From Haliotis cracherodii (Eukaryota): 64,000 nt of DNA. The notes beneath the pieces are model-generated. The model searched no databases. It was given only the letters and a program-made list of their open reading frames with translations, and had not been told where the DNA came from. The translations under genes and the position numbers were made by a program. Shown here piece by piece: positions 26,221 to 39,402 of this stretch. Numbering within the stretch: the first letter of the stretch is position 1; the number at the start of each line of letters is the position of its first letter. The stretch is from assembly GCF_022045235.1 (NCBI RefSeq), contig NW_027266277.1, forward strand, positions 434,001 to 498,000, read 5' to 3'.

Positions 26221-29200
26221 ATGAAGGCTCTTCTCGTGTTCACAGCCTTGGGAGTTGTGCTGGTAAGTTGACAAACAATGGCATTAATACGAGTTATGTA
26301 TCATGTCTGTATAGGTACCAATCACACCAATACACCATGTGGTAGACCAGGGCCCACTTGCACAAAGCGATCTTAGCGCTAAGACTATTGTAAGCCAATG
26401 CTAAAGTATGGGAGTTACGATCATCTTAGCGCTAAGATAGCTTTGTGCAAGTGGGCCCAGGTGTACTTCATCTGACAGGGGGCGGTCGGGTAGCCTAGTG
26501 GTTAAAGCGTTCGTTCGTCACGCCGAAGACCCGGGTTCGATTCCTCACATGGGTACAATGTGTGAAGCCCATTTCTTGTGTCCCCGGCCGTGATATTACT
26601 GGATTATTGCTAAAAGTGGCGTAAAACCAAACTCACTCACTCACTCATCCCACAGATGACAAGAAGACCGAAAGTCTGATTCATTCTTTTCATCTGTGTC
26701 TACCCTATTTCGTTTTAGGAGAATGTCACCAAAACGTTAAATCATTGAGTTTCTCTCAAGGTACAAGTTTTATTCGACATTTGTATAAACGTGGAGTGAG
26801 TGGGTGAGTTTGGTTTAACACCGCTTTTAACAGTATTCTAGTTGTATCACGGCGTGTCAGCTTGATATGGGATGAAAGCCCGAAGTGATGCAGGCCTCAG
26901 ACGTTTACCACTTTGGTGAAACCCACGGGTATGGTGCTGACAAATCTAGAAACATAATTTGGATTCGAACCCACTATCATAGGTTCTGACGTGTCCAAGG
27001 GCGGTCGGGTAGCCTAGTGGTTAAAGCGTTCGCTCGTCACGCCGAAGACCCAGGTTCGATTCCCGACATGGGTACAATGTGTGAAGCCCATTTCTGGTGT
27101 CCCCCGCCGTGATATTGCTGGAATATTGCTAAAAGCGGCGTAAAATCAAACTCACTCACTCACTCACTGATGTGTCCAAGGGACACAACTCTGGACAGCG
27201 AATTGCGGCGTCTTAGACGATTCGGTCACCCGCGCCTCCATGCACAAACTTTGTCCTAATGTTTTCTGACAAACAGGTTATATAAATCTGATAATGATTA
27301 CATTTAACCAAAGCACACAATTTGAGTGCATAACATGAATATATAGAATGAAATATAGGACATAACTCACCGTGTGTGTGGCACCGAGCGCAAGGACGTC
27401 AGATTCGCCATGTATGTAATTAGCCATGGTGACCCTCCCGAATGTAAATATATAGATTGTCAGTTATGACATAAACATGGTAGCAAAAACTTAAGTATGA
27501 TCTGCCATTCTATATCAACCAAGAAATATAATCGGGCGATCCGGGAGTCTCTTAGCAGCACGAGACACGCCACCCATTTCACCAGGTGTCATTACTGTCG
27601 TTGACGAGAGCTCTAAGCATGACAAGAGACGCCACCCATCTCAAATACCAGGTGTCATTACTGTCGTTGATGAGAGCTCTAAGCATGACAAGAGACGCCA
27701 CCCATCTCAAATACCAGGTGTCATTACTGTCGTTGATGAGAGCTCTAAGCAAGACAAGACACGCCACCCATCTCAAATACCAGGTGTCATTACTGTCGTT
27801 GATGAGAGCTCTAAGCATGACAAGAGACGCCACCCATCTCAAATACCAGGTGTCATTACTGTCGTTGATGAGAGCTCTAAGCAAGACAAGACACGCCACC
27901 CATCTCAAATACCAGGTGTCATTACTGTCGTTGATGAGAGCTCTAAGCAAGACAAGACACGCCACCCATCTCAGATACCAGGTGTCATTACTGTCGTTGA
28001 TGAGAGCTCTAAGCAAGACAAGACACGCCACCCATTTCAAACACCAGGTGTCATTACTGTCGTTGATGAGAGCTCTAAGCATGACAAGGGACGCCACCCA
28101 TCTCAAATACCAGGTGTCATTACTGTCGTTGATGAGAGCTCTAAGCAAGACAAGACACGCCACCCATCTCAAATACCAGGTGTCATTACTGTCGTTGATG
28201 AGAGCTCTAAGCATGACAAGAGACGCCACCCATCTCAAATACCAGGCGTCATTACTGTCGTTGATGAGAGCTCTAAGCAAGACAAGACACGCCACCCATC
28301 TCAAATACCAGGTGTCATTACTGTCGTTGATGAGAGCTCTAAGCAAGACAAGACACGCCACCCATTTCAAACACCAGGTGTCATTACTGTCGTTGATGAG
28401 AGCTCTAAGCATGACAAGAGACGCCACCCATCTCAAATACCAGGTGTCATTACTGTCGTTGATGAGAGCTCTAAGCAGGACAAGACACGCCACCCATTTC
28501 AAACACCAGGTGTCATTACTGTCGTTGATGAGAGCTCTAAGCAAGACAAGACACGCCACCCATCTCAAATACCAGGTGTCATTACTGTCGTTGATGAGAG
28601 CTCTAAGCAGGACAAGACACGCCACCCATTTCAAACACCAGGTGTCATTACTGTCGTTGATGAGAGCTCTAAGCATGACAAGGGACGCCACCCATCTCAA
28701 ATACCAGGTGTCATTACTGTCGTTGATGAGAGCTCTAAGCAGGACAAGACACGCCACCCATTTCAAACACCAGGTGTCATTACTGTCGTTGATGAGAGCT
28801 CTAAGCAAGACAAGACACGCCACCCATCTCAAATACCAGGTGTCATTACTGTCGTTGATGAGAGCTCTAAGCAGGACAAGACACGCCACCCATTTCAAAC
28901 ACCAGGTGTCATTACTGTCGTTGATGAGAGCTCTAAGCAAGACAAGACACGCCACCCATCTCAAATACCAGGTGTCATTACTGTCGTTGATGAGAGCTCT
29001 AAGCAGGACAAGACACGCCACCCATTTCAAACACCAGGTGTCATTACTGTCGTTGATGAGAGCTCTAAGCATGACAAGGGACGCCACCCATCTCAAATAC
29101 CAGGTGTCATTACTGTCGTTGATGACAGCTCTAAGCAAGACAAGACACGCCACCCATTTCAAACACCAGGTGTCATTACTGTCGTTGATGAGAGCTCTAA

Positions 29201-32200
29201 GCATGACAAGACACGCCACCCATTTCAAACACCAGGTGTCATTACTGTCGTTGATGAGAGCTCTAGGCAGGACAAGACACGCCACCCATTTCAAACACCA
29301 GGTGTCATTACTGTCGTTGATGAGAGCTCTAAGCAGGACAAGACACGCCACCCATTTCAAACACCAGGTGTCATTACTGTCGTTGATGAGAGCTCTAGGC
29401 AGGACAAGACACGCCACCCATTTCAAACACCAGCTGTCAAACACGGGAACGTTGCCTCCTTCAACAACAACAAGAACAGCAACAGCAACCGTATTGTCTC
29501 TATAACATGCGTCACAGGCTCAAGCTAGTGAGTTGGGTTTAATGCCGCTTTTAACAGTAGTCCAGCTATATCACGGCGTGTTAGCTTAATGTGGGAGGAA
29601 AACCCGAAGTGATGGACCATCCATGCCCGTGCACACACGTAGCTGAGCAGCTGGCATATCGGACGGGTGATGCATCAGTGACATTTGTATATGGCAATCC
29701 CCGATAGCCTGGAAACTCTCCCGCGGTAATCATATTAGGGGACCCACGTAGATCCGGGTTAGAATTGGCCTTCAGCAACCCATGCTTGTAATAAGATTCG
29801 ACCAACGGTCATGTAAAAATTGTGACTTTTAACCAATCAAAAATCAACGTTAAATTCATATCAAAAGGCCAGTTTAAAAAAACCGTAAAACCTCAAAGCA
29901 GATTTAGAAGTCACCCAGGTCAAAACCTTGATTTGGAAGATGGGCTGGTAACTGATATACTTCCCATCTGGGTTTAATCGAGGTTGTCAGGAACCTAGTG
30001 CAATATAGGGTATTGTGGTGATAGGTTTATAATTCTGTTTACACACTGAAACAGTTTGAAGAATGATTTTGGATGATGAATAGAATCTAACCATTGCGAG
30101 TTTTAAACTTGTATCGAGTCATGTTGATGTTTTTTTTTTGTCAAAGACACTGGGGCGAGATTCCGTGTGTCCACCGGGTATCTTCCGGAAGCCAGGTCCC
30201 GTGAATATCCGGGTTAAAATTGGTCTTTAGCTACCCATGCTTGTCATAAGAGCTGACTAAGCTTGCCATCAGAGGCGACTAACGGGATCGAGTGGTCAGA
30301 TCCTCTGACTTGATTGATGCATATCATCGTAACCGAATTGCGTAGATCGCTGTTCATGCTGTCAATCACTGGATTTTCTGTTCCATATTCGATAATTTAC
30401 AGACACGCCGTTATATAGCAGGAGTAATGCTGAGTGCGGCATTTACCAAGAAACAAAGAAGTGATTATGCATAATAAAGAACTATTTATATTCAGGGAAT
30501 GAGTTAGGTCCCTTAAATTGTTAGGAGAAGTTAGGAGATGCCCTCTCTACAAAGACCTGAGAGGGGAACTAAATTCATCACCCGGATTTGCTATGCACCC
30601 ACTATCGCTAAAAATACCATTAAATCATCCAGAGCCCTTTGCAAAAATTATCTCTAATTTCATCCACAAAATGTTCAGGCAAAGAAAATCTGCATCTCCT
30701 CCCTAACAATATAATCATAGCAATATTTGTATTCTGTTTTGTATGTCAATGTTTTAATTAGTCATGTTCATGTTTTGTACCCTGCCCCCTGTGGGTGTTT
30801 ATGTACAATAAATATTATTCTTCTTCTTCTACATATATATCAATATACATAGGGGGTTACAGCGAAGTTTTAAACGTCTGAGGCCTGCATCACTTCGGGC
30901 TTTCCTCTCGCATTAGGCTGACACTGGAATATATGTTAAAAGCGGCGTTAAACCCAATTCACTCACTCAGTCACTCAGTCACTCACTCACTTACTCTCAC
31001 CCACCCACCCACCCACCCATCCTCACTCACTCACTGACTCACTCTCACCCATCCATCCACCAACTCACTCACTCACTCACTCACTCGCTCACTCACTCAG
31101 GTTAGATCTGACCACTAATGTGTCAGTCGACCAACAGATGATCGGGAATGCAAGATGTCGTCTAAACGTACTGCTTCTTTGCATTAGATATCCCTTGTTT
31201 GATGAAGGCTTGTCTCATTATATATTAATATTGATATCATATTTCAGGCGCAGATTGTGTACTACCATCCAGAACTCGTCCATGGCTACTCGATGGAGTA
31301 TCACAGCTACGCTGTATGTGCTTTATCATATTTCTCATCAGGGAAAAATCATTTTTGGTTCATATTCATGTTCATTCCTCCCTCGTTATAATGCCCCTCG
31401 TTATAAAGCCAAGTTGTAATCAGAACGGATTTCTGCCATATGAATATAGTGCCACCCAGGTTATTATGCCACCCTGGTTATAAACCCACCCTGGATATAG
31501 TCCAATCATGGATATAACCCCACCCTGAATAAAGTTTCACACTGGTTATAACTCCACCCTAGATATAATCCCACCCAGGTTGTAGTTTAACCCTGGTTAT
31601 AATGCCACCCTGGATATAACCCCACCCTGGTTATAACCCCACCCTGGTTATAATCCCACCCTGGTTATAGTTTCACTCTGGATTTAACCACACCCTGGTT
31701 ATAGGTTAACCCTCGATATAATGCCACCCTGGTTGTAGTTTAACCTTGGATATAATCCAACCCTGGTTGTAGTATCACCCTGGATATAATCCCACCCTGG
31801 TTATAACCCCACCCTGGTTTTGTTTCACCCTGGATATAATCCCGCCCTGGTTATAACCCCACCCTGGATATAATCCCACCCTGGTTGTAGTTTCACCCTG
31901 GATATAATCCAACCCTGGTTGTAGTTTCACCCTGGATATAATCCCACCCTGGTTGTAGTTTCACCCTGGATATAACCCCACCCTTGATATAATCCCACCC
32001 TGGATATAATCCCACCCTGGATATAATCCCACCCTGGATATAATCCCACCCTGGTTATAGTTTCACCCTGGATATCATCCCCCCCTGGTTATAGTTTCAC
32101 CCTGGATATAATCCCACCCTGGTTGTAGTTTCACCCTGGATATAATTCCACCCTGGTTGTAGTTTCACCCTGGATATAATCCCACCCTGGTTATAATCCC

Positions 32201-34211
32201 ACCATGGATATAATCCCACCCTGGTTATAATCCCACCCTGGATATAATCCCACCCTGGTTGTAGTTTCACCCTGGTTATAATCCCACCCTGGATATAATC
32301 CCACCCTGGTTATAATCCCACCCTGGATATAATCCCACCCTGGTTATAATCCCACCCTGGATATAATCCCACCCTGGTTATAATCCAACTCTGGATATAA
32401 CCCCACCCTGGTTATAATCCCACCCTGGATATAATCCCACCGTGGTTATAACCCCACCCTGGTTATAGTTTCACCCTGGATATAATGCCAGCCTGGATAT
32501 AATCCCACCCTGGATATAATCCCAATGCCAATTCCCTCTTCTAAATCAGCAAACTAACTGTATTGATCTCAGTTTGTTTCACAGCTAATCCCCACACAGA
32601 GACACATTCACTTTCTTTAAATAACAAACAATTAGAGATAATAACTTCTTATATAAGCAAAGATAAACTGACATGTAATGTAGATATGTATATACAGTAT
32701 CAGTAAGGTTCTGTTTTCATCTCGCTGGTTACATTTTCTGCATTATATCGAGGGAGGACGGTACGCTGAAACTCAATTACGTTGACCGGATATTCCGGAC
32801 ACCCCATACTCCGGACACTGGGAACGTCTTTATATACACATAAAATACCCATGATTCGTTAGTCCTAAATTTGGACCGGAATATTCTATTCGGAATTGTA
32901 CCATCAGGCTTTGCTATGTTGAATTATCATCCAAAACTTGGTCCACGTGATATCATTGGGTGACATATCTCCCTAGAGATCTTAACCATGACGTCAGAAT
33001 TGAATAACATCACTAATCTGTCTGCACTGAATGATGTTAGATGATAAATAAGAACCTCATACTTATGTCTTTTGATTCCAATGTTTTCAACACTTGTCGA
33101 TAAATGTTTCAAATTCCTAGACAAGACTCGGATTTGCTCTCAGAAGACACTTTGGGGGTTTCTGAATATCACTTGAAACTAAAATAATTCTTTAATCGTC
33201 ACCGGTATTGGATTGAAGAAGATTATTATAAAGCATAAATATATCAGACATTACAGTTTATTGTATTTATAAATGAAAGCACGACAGGAAACCGACTGAT
33301 TCATGTAAGATAATAAAGACTCTATATTTCAGGACATCATCGTTGTCAGGAACGCTACTGCTTGCTACATCGTCGACGTCTCCGCCGGCCTCGAGGGCGA
33401 CCTGAGACAAAGCACTACGAGAGCAAAGATAGAGGTATAAAATTGAAATGTGCGACCATTTGTAACCATGTATCTTACTGATGCTAGTTGCTTCTCAGAG
33501 CTGCCGAGATGCAGTGTGCGTGGATTCATCCCTTGTGGCATCTTTGATCTGTAAGGGTTATAATTGTTCACGTGAATATACGTGCCCGACCAGTGTACCC
33601 CTGGACTTCTATCCCACCCACCCACCAACTCACCCACTCACCCACTCACCCACTCACTCACCCACCCTACCACTCACTCATTCACTCATATCAGCCACCC
33701 ACTCACTCATTCACCACATACCCAACCACCCACCCACTCACCACATGCCCACCACTCACTCACTCACCACACACACACACACACACACACACTCACTCAT
33801 CCAGCCACTCACTCACCACGTACCCACCCACTCACTCATAGCATACACCCACTCACTCATTCACCACAAACCCACCCACCCACTCACTCACCACATACCC
33901 ACCACTCACTCACTCACCATACACAGACTCACTCACTCATCCAGCCACTTACTCGCTCACCCACTCACTCACTCATTAATAATCCTTTGAAATCATATCC
34001 CTATTTTACAATCAAACACTCCTCCCTATGATATAAAAGTACATCAAGTGTTGTATTATTTCAGGAGGAAATCTACAACCAAATGATGAGTCACAATGGA
34101 GAGGTCGTGTCCTCCATCGACAAGATCCGACACGAGATCCAGGACATCCGTGCTATAGTCGAGTGTTTTCGCCACAATGTCTATCAGATCAAGTACATGC
34201 CCTCAACATAG
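26221..34211 (+). CDS. Gene B: secreted 118-aa paralog; exons 26221-26262, 31248-31313, 33333-33434, 34065-34211
   Basis: MKALLVFTALGVVL|AQIVYYHPELVHGYSMEYHSYA|DIIVVRNATACYIVDVSAGLEGDLRQSTTRAKIE|EEIYNQMMSHNGEVVSSIDKIRHEIQDIRAIVECFRHNVYQIKYMPST*. GT-AG phase-0 introns; AATAAA at 34222-34227. Confidence 0.92.
26351..26457. mobile_element. PIF/Harbinger-like MITE
   Basis: TIR GGCCCACTTGCACAAAGC with a 3-bp CAG TSD. A relative lies at 15066-15171. Confidence 0.75.
26478..26647 (+). mobile_element. SINE family A (gene B intron 1)
   Basis: Full copy. Confidence 0.88.
26795..27238. mobile_element. SINE family B (minus) with nested SINE family A (plus, about 27000-27168)
   Basis: The family B sequence is interrupted; TSD CTGAYGTGTCCAAGG flanks the family A copy. 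Confidence 0.85.
27550..29435. repeat. 66-bp tandem array, about 28 highly similar units (gene B intron 1)
   Basis: Unit CCAGGTGTCATTACTGTCGTTGATGAGAGCTCTAAGCAWGACAAGASACGCCACCCATYTCAAAYA. Confidence 0.97.
30500..30830 (+). mobile_element. LINE 3' end fragment
   Basis: CPLYKDLR...IISNFIHKMF*, then AATAAA and a (TTC)n tail. Confidence 0.5.
31450..32525. repeat. 17-bp minisatellite AATCCCACCCTGGATAT inside a TIR element (about 31375-32763)
   Basis: Tandem units flanked by CCTCCCTCGTTATAATGC and GCATTATATCGAGGGAGG. Confidence 0.92.
33615..33975. repeat. Compound (ACTC/ACCC)n microsatellite
   Basis: Low-complexity sequence. Confidence 0.9.
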
Positions 34212-34384
34212 GAATCAGTGAAATAAAGCAATCGAATGTACAATCCAAGCAAATTAGTCCTGACATCTGAAAAAAGTAGCTTGTATGTGTCGAATGCGAG
34301 GTAAATCCATTTATTCGTATTTTCAAGATATAGTTTGAATACACAAAAGGACAGTGGTTCTGTTTACGTAACATTTTTACACAT

Positions 34385-36112
34385 TCACCCCAACCACCAC
34401 TTCCACACAAACACATACAACACAATACACACAATACACCCTTACACACACAATACACCCCTACACAAACAATACACCCCTACACACCCATCACATACAC
34501 ACACACAATACACACACATCGCACCCCTACACACACATCACACCCCTACACACCCATCACATACACACACACAATACACCCCTCCATACACATCACACCC
34601 TACACACACATCACACCCCTACACACACAAAACACCCCTCCACACACATCACACCCTACACACACATCACACCCCTACACACCCATCACACACACACACA
34701 CAATACACCCCTACATACACATCATATACACACACAATACACCCATACTACACATATCCTACCTCTACACACACAATACACCCCTACACACCTATCATAT
34801 ACACACACAATACACCCATACTACACATATCCTACCTCTACACACACAATACACCCCTACACACCATCATGTACACACACAATACACCCCTACATACACA
34901 TATCCTACCTCTACACACACAATACACTCCTGCACACCCATCATATACACACACAATACACCCCTACACGCACATATCCTACCTCCATACACACAATACA
35001 CCCCTACATACACATATCCGACCTCTACACACACAATACACCCCTACATACACATCACATACACACACAATACACCCCTACACACACATCACATACACAC
35101 ACAATACACCCCTACATACACATCACATACACACACAATACACCTCTACACACACATCACATACACACACAATACACCCCTACGTACACATATCCTACCT
35201 CTACACACACAATACACCCCTACATACACATCACATACACACACACAATACACCCCTACACACACATCACATACACACACAATACACCCCTACATACACA
35301 TATCCTACCTCTACACACACAATACACCCCTACACACATCACATACACACACAATACACCCCTACATACACATATCCTACCTCCACACACACAATACACC
35401 CCTACATACACATATCCGACCTCTACACACAATACACCCCTACACTCACATCACATACACACACAATACACTCCTACATACACATATCCTACCTCTACAC
35501 ACACAATACACCACTACACACACATCACATACACACACAATACACCCCTACATACACATATCCTACCTTTACACACACAATACACCACTACATACACATA
35601 TCCTACCTCTACACACACAATACACCCCTACATACACATATCCGACCTCAACACACAATACACCCCTACACTCACATCACATACACACACAATACACCCC
35701 TACATACACATATCCTACCTCTACACACACAATACACCACTACACACACATCACATACACACACAATACACCCCTACATACACATATCCTACCTCTACAC
35801 ACACAATACACCCCTACATACACATATCCTACCTCTACACACACAATACACCCCTACACACACATCACATACACACACAACTCACCCCTACATACACATA
35901 TCCTACCTCCACACACACAATACACCCCTACATACACATATCCGACCTCTACACACACAATAGACCCCTACACACACATCACATCACACACACACACCCC
36001 ACACACACATACACCACATCCCTACATTGATGCGACAGGCACACATCACACATTAACACACACACATCACACCCTTACACTCCCACACCCAACACTCATA
36101 CACACAAACCAC
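34385..36112. repeat. CA-rich compound minisatellite ending at an assembly gap
   Basis: Units such as ACACACAATACACCCCTAC. Confidence 0.93.
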
Positions 36113-36260
36113 NNNNNNNNNNNNNNNNNNNNNNNNNNNNNNNNNNNNNNNNNNNNNNNNNNNNNNNNNNNNNNNNNNNNNNNNNNNNNNNNNNNNNNNN
36201 NNNNNNNNNNNNNNNNNNNNNNNNNNNNNNNNNNNNNNNNNNNNNNNNNNNNNNNNNNNN
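36113..36260. other. Assembly gap (N run)
   Basis: Run of Ns. Confidence 1.
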
Positions 36261-36261
36261 A

Positions 36262-37394
36262 CCAGTGTGACCAGGTCTTGCATTCGAATGACTTTGACGC
36301 ACACGTCTCCCGAATAATGACTCAAACCTGTTCAATAGGGAAAAGTCTGTCGTCATTCCTGACCATGGCATTCTGCTGGGATGAGCACAGACGACTAGCA
36401 CACGGTGAGAACGGGCGTTGTCGTCCTGAAAGACAAAACGCCGACCCGCACGCCCTGCAAACGGGACAACACAGGGTGTCTGTATGTTGTCCCGAAAGTA
36501 CTGTCCACTGACCCGTCCTTGTACAATATGGAGTGGAGTTTATATAAACCTATTTATTTTCATAAAGTTGAGGGATTGGCAAACAAGCAAATGTTGCTTA
36601 TGTGAATGCCTCTCCCAAACATGATACACATACAAATTACAATGTAATAAAAGTGACATGAGAAATAGCATACATGATATAATTGACATTAAAGATAATT
36701 ATTGTTCTGTAAGTGTTTTATTACTCGATTATCTTTCGCAACTACAGCTACGTTATTATTTACATCCAGTACAACGTCATCGCAGTATCATATAGAAAAG
36801 CCAACATTAAAAAAGAAAAGAAAAAAAAGACAGATAAAATCTCTAAATCGGTAAGAAGATAGATAAAACTGTGCCCTCATTTCAAAATTTCAAGATTTGT
36901 TACAGTCGCTGAATTACCATTTACAACTGATTTTTAATCGTAGCCTTTTACGAAATAATACATATTTTGCCACGTAAGAAAGAAATAATCGATTAAGTGC
37001 ATCTTCTGTGTGACAGCCACAACATCTCGGGCTGTCGGACATAAATCTGACAAATGTGTCGGCGTTAAGATCACTGCAGCCAAGTCTGAGACGGGAGTGT
37101 TTTACCTGTCAGAATCCTGATCCATAATTTACATCAAAGTATAGACCATTCCTATCATTGCTTTTTATAAAACTTTTAAATCTTCCTAAACTACTGGCAT
37201 TTGTGTATTCAGTAGGTAGTGAGTTCCAAATATTTGACTCGCCGTTTCAGCTCGATTTCGTAGAGCCTGATTTCGATCAATCGATCCTGTACTCTTATCG
37301 TTGACCTGGGACGCCCTGAACGGGGTCGATCGTCAACATTTTGTGTTTGTTGGTGCCTGATAAACAGACTGTGAAACATTGAAAGTAATGTCAC
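36262..37394 (-). mobile_element. Tc1/mariner remnants
   Basis: VDDRPRSGRPRST motif at 37209-37394; catalytic-region-like fragments at 36262-36530. Confidence 0.55.
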
Positions 37395-37933
37395 ATTAAA
37401 ATCAGATCTTGGTTCCCGCTATCGCTAAACAAAGATCTGAGGACGTCCCATTAAGGGTCACGTCAGAACGACCTTTCATCCGACCAATCAGAGCGTCGCT
37501 TACCAGATCATGAAAGTGACAGTCTGAATGCGTTTTCTAATCATGCAACCACGAAATATTTAACACGGGGTATTCTGAACGACAGTTACGGGTTTTATGA
37601 TGATATCCATACAATCTGTGCAATCTATAAGCCATTCCAGAATGTTCTTCTTATCAGTTTTATTTTTTTTAAACGAGAATACGTCAAAATATGTTTCGAA
37701 GCGTAGTCGCCAGTTTGAAACTAGTGTCAAGCGTTGTCTGAAATGGAAGTCGCCAGGTTGAAAGAGTGCCGTAGAGCTCGAGAAAGCTGCTTTCTAATTG
37801 GCTAATGTCGATTTCTTGTCAGTCATTTCATTGGTCGGTCAAAATTCGCGAAAGGTCGTTCTGACGTGACCCGTAATGGGATGTCCTCAGATCTTTGTTC
37901 AGCGGTAGCGAGAACTAAGATCTGATTTTAATG
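37395..37933. mobile_element. MITE with long TIRs
   Basis: TIR AAAATCAGATCT...GGGTCACGTCAGAACGACCTTTC. Second copy at 50322-50909; partial copies near 18270-18620 and 24800-25370. Confidence 0.8.
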
Positions 37934-38034
37934 AAATTGTGTCACTGCACTGCGACTTCTGTAAGTTTCCACCTTTGGTGTTAAGTTTTACAGACAAACG
38001 TTCTTGCATAGGATGTTTGTCGTCAACACTTATT

Positions 38035-38305
38035 CTTGTTTGTTTGTTTGTTCGTTTGTTTGTCTGTTTGATGTTTAACGCCACACTCATCACTATTCCA
38101 GCTATATGACGGCTGTCTGTAAATAATCGAGTTTCTATCAGACAATCCAGTGATTGACATCATGAGCAGCGATCCACACGGCTGGGACACGACATGCATC
38201 AACCAAGTCAGCGAACCCGACCACCCGTTCATAACAATAAAAATAGTCGCCTTTTACGGCAAGCATAGGTTGCTGAAGACCTATCCTACCCCGGATCTTT
38301 ACGGG
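38035..38305 (-). mobile_element. SINE-like family C
   Basis: TSD CACTTATTC. Confidence 0.85.
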
Positions 38306-38512
38306 TCACTTATTCGTGTCCTGGTTTTACTTGGTATTAATATATTTATTTCATGATCCCCTACTTTTTCGAAGAGTATAGGCAGACAATGAATTATGCA
38401 AAGACACAGTATCGGTAATTTCGCTAAAATGAGTGATTATTTATTGATAATGTTTACCTGTATCACTAATGCCACGTGATATAAACATATCAACCACATT
38501 CAAATCTCCATC

Positions 38513-38573
38513 TATAAAAGTGTGTGATTCAGTGATCAGCTCACTGTCTATTTTCCAAGGACGAAAGGTAAGT
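38513..38573 (+). promoter_or_regulatory. TATA box, Inr-like TCACT and short non-coding exon 1 with donor (GT at 38568) for the acidic/basic protein gene
   Basis: TATAAAAG at 38513, TCACT about 28 nt downstream, then AAG|GTAAGT. The next strong acceptor before the ATG is TTTGCAG at 41210. Confidence 0.6.
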
Positions 38574-38617
38574 ATTCTTAATCTAATGCTTCATCCGTGA
38601 ATTTGCATATATAAATA

Positions 38618-38780
38618 GGGGCGGTGGGGTAGCCTAGAGGTTAAAGTGTTCACTCGTCACGCCGAACACTCGGGTTCAATTCCCCACATAGGTACAATGT
38701 ATGGGGCCCATTTCTGGTGTCCCCCGCCTTGATATTGCGGGAATATTGCTAAAAACAGCGTAAAACAATACTCACTCACT
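38618..38780 (+). mobile_element. SINE family A
   Basis: Full copy, TATAAATA flanks. Confidence 0.85.
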
Positions 38781-39139
38781 TTTATAAATAATTTCACGGA
38801 GTGAAGCCAGGGTTGGCTTGTGGCAAGGCTGCTCCTAAAACTGAGAACACAACGAAAAGAAGATTTGAACAAAAACGACGGTTTCCGTAAAGCATTAATT
38901 TTAAATTTCAGAAAATGCATTTTAGCTGCAAAGAAATAATTATTTCATTTATGTTAACGTTCATAAAGGCGATTCTGGTTTAGAGGGTGTTGGGGAAACC
39001 TAGTGGTTCAAACCTAGTGCTTCCCCAAATTGGTACAATGTGTGAAGCCCATTTCTGGTGTCCCCCGCCCTGATATTGCTGGAATATTGCTAAAAGCGGC
39101 GTAAAACCTGACTCACTAGCTCTGGTTTAGGAACGATTG

Positions 39140-39402
39140 ACCTTGTCGTCTCAGGCGTCGCAATTCGCTATGCAGAGTTGCGTCCCTTGGGCACGCCAGA
39201 AAACTATGATTGTGGGTTTGAACCAGGTTCTCCCTGATTATGTTTCTAGGTTTTTTCAGCACCATACCCGTGCTCGTGGGTTTCACCGAAGTGGTAAACG
39301 TCTGAGACCTGCATCACTTCGGGCTTTCCTCCCACATTAAACTGATACGCCGTGATATAACTGGAATACTGTTAAAAGCGGCTTTAAACCTCACTCACTC
39401 AC
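39140..39402 (+). mobile_element. SINE family B
   Basis: Near-full copy adjacent to a family A fragment. Confidence 0.8.

Noticed and set aside
27579-29505. 621-aa and 639-aa ORFs on opposite strands
   Set aside because: Products of a stop-free 66-bp repeat inside gene B intron 1, with no unique coding flanks or splice support.
34335-35963. 542-aa His/Thr/Tyr-rich ORF
   Set aside because: CA-rich simple repeat lacking stops, downstream of the gene B poly(A) signal.
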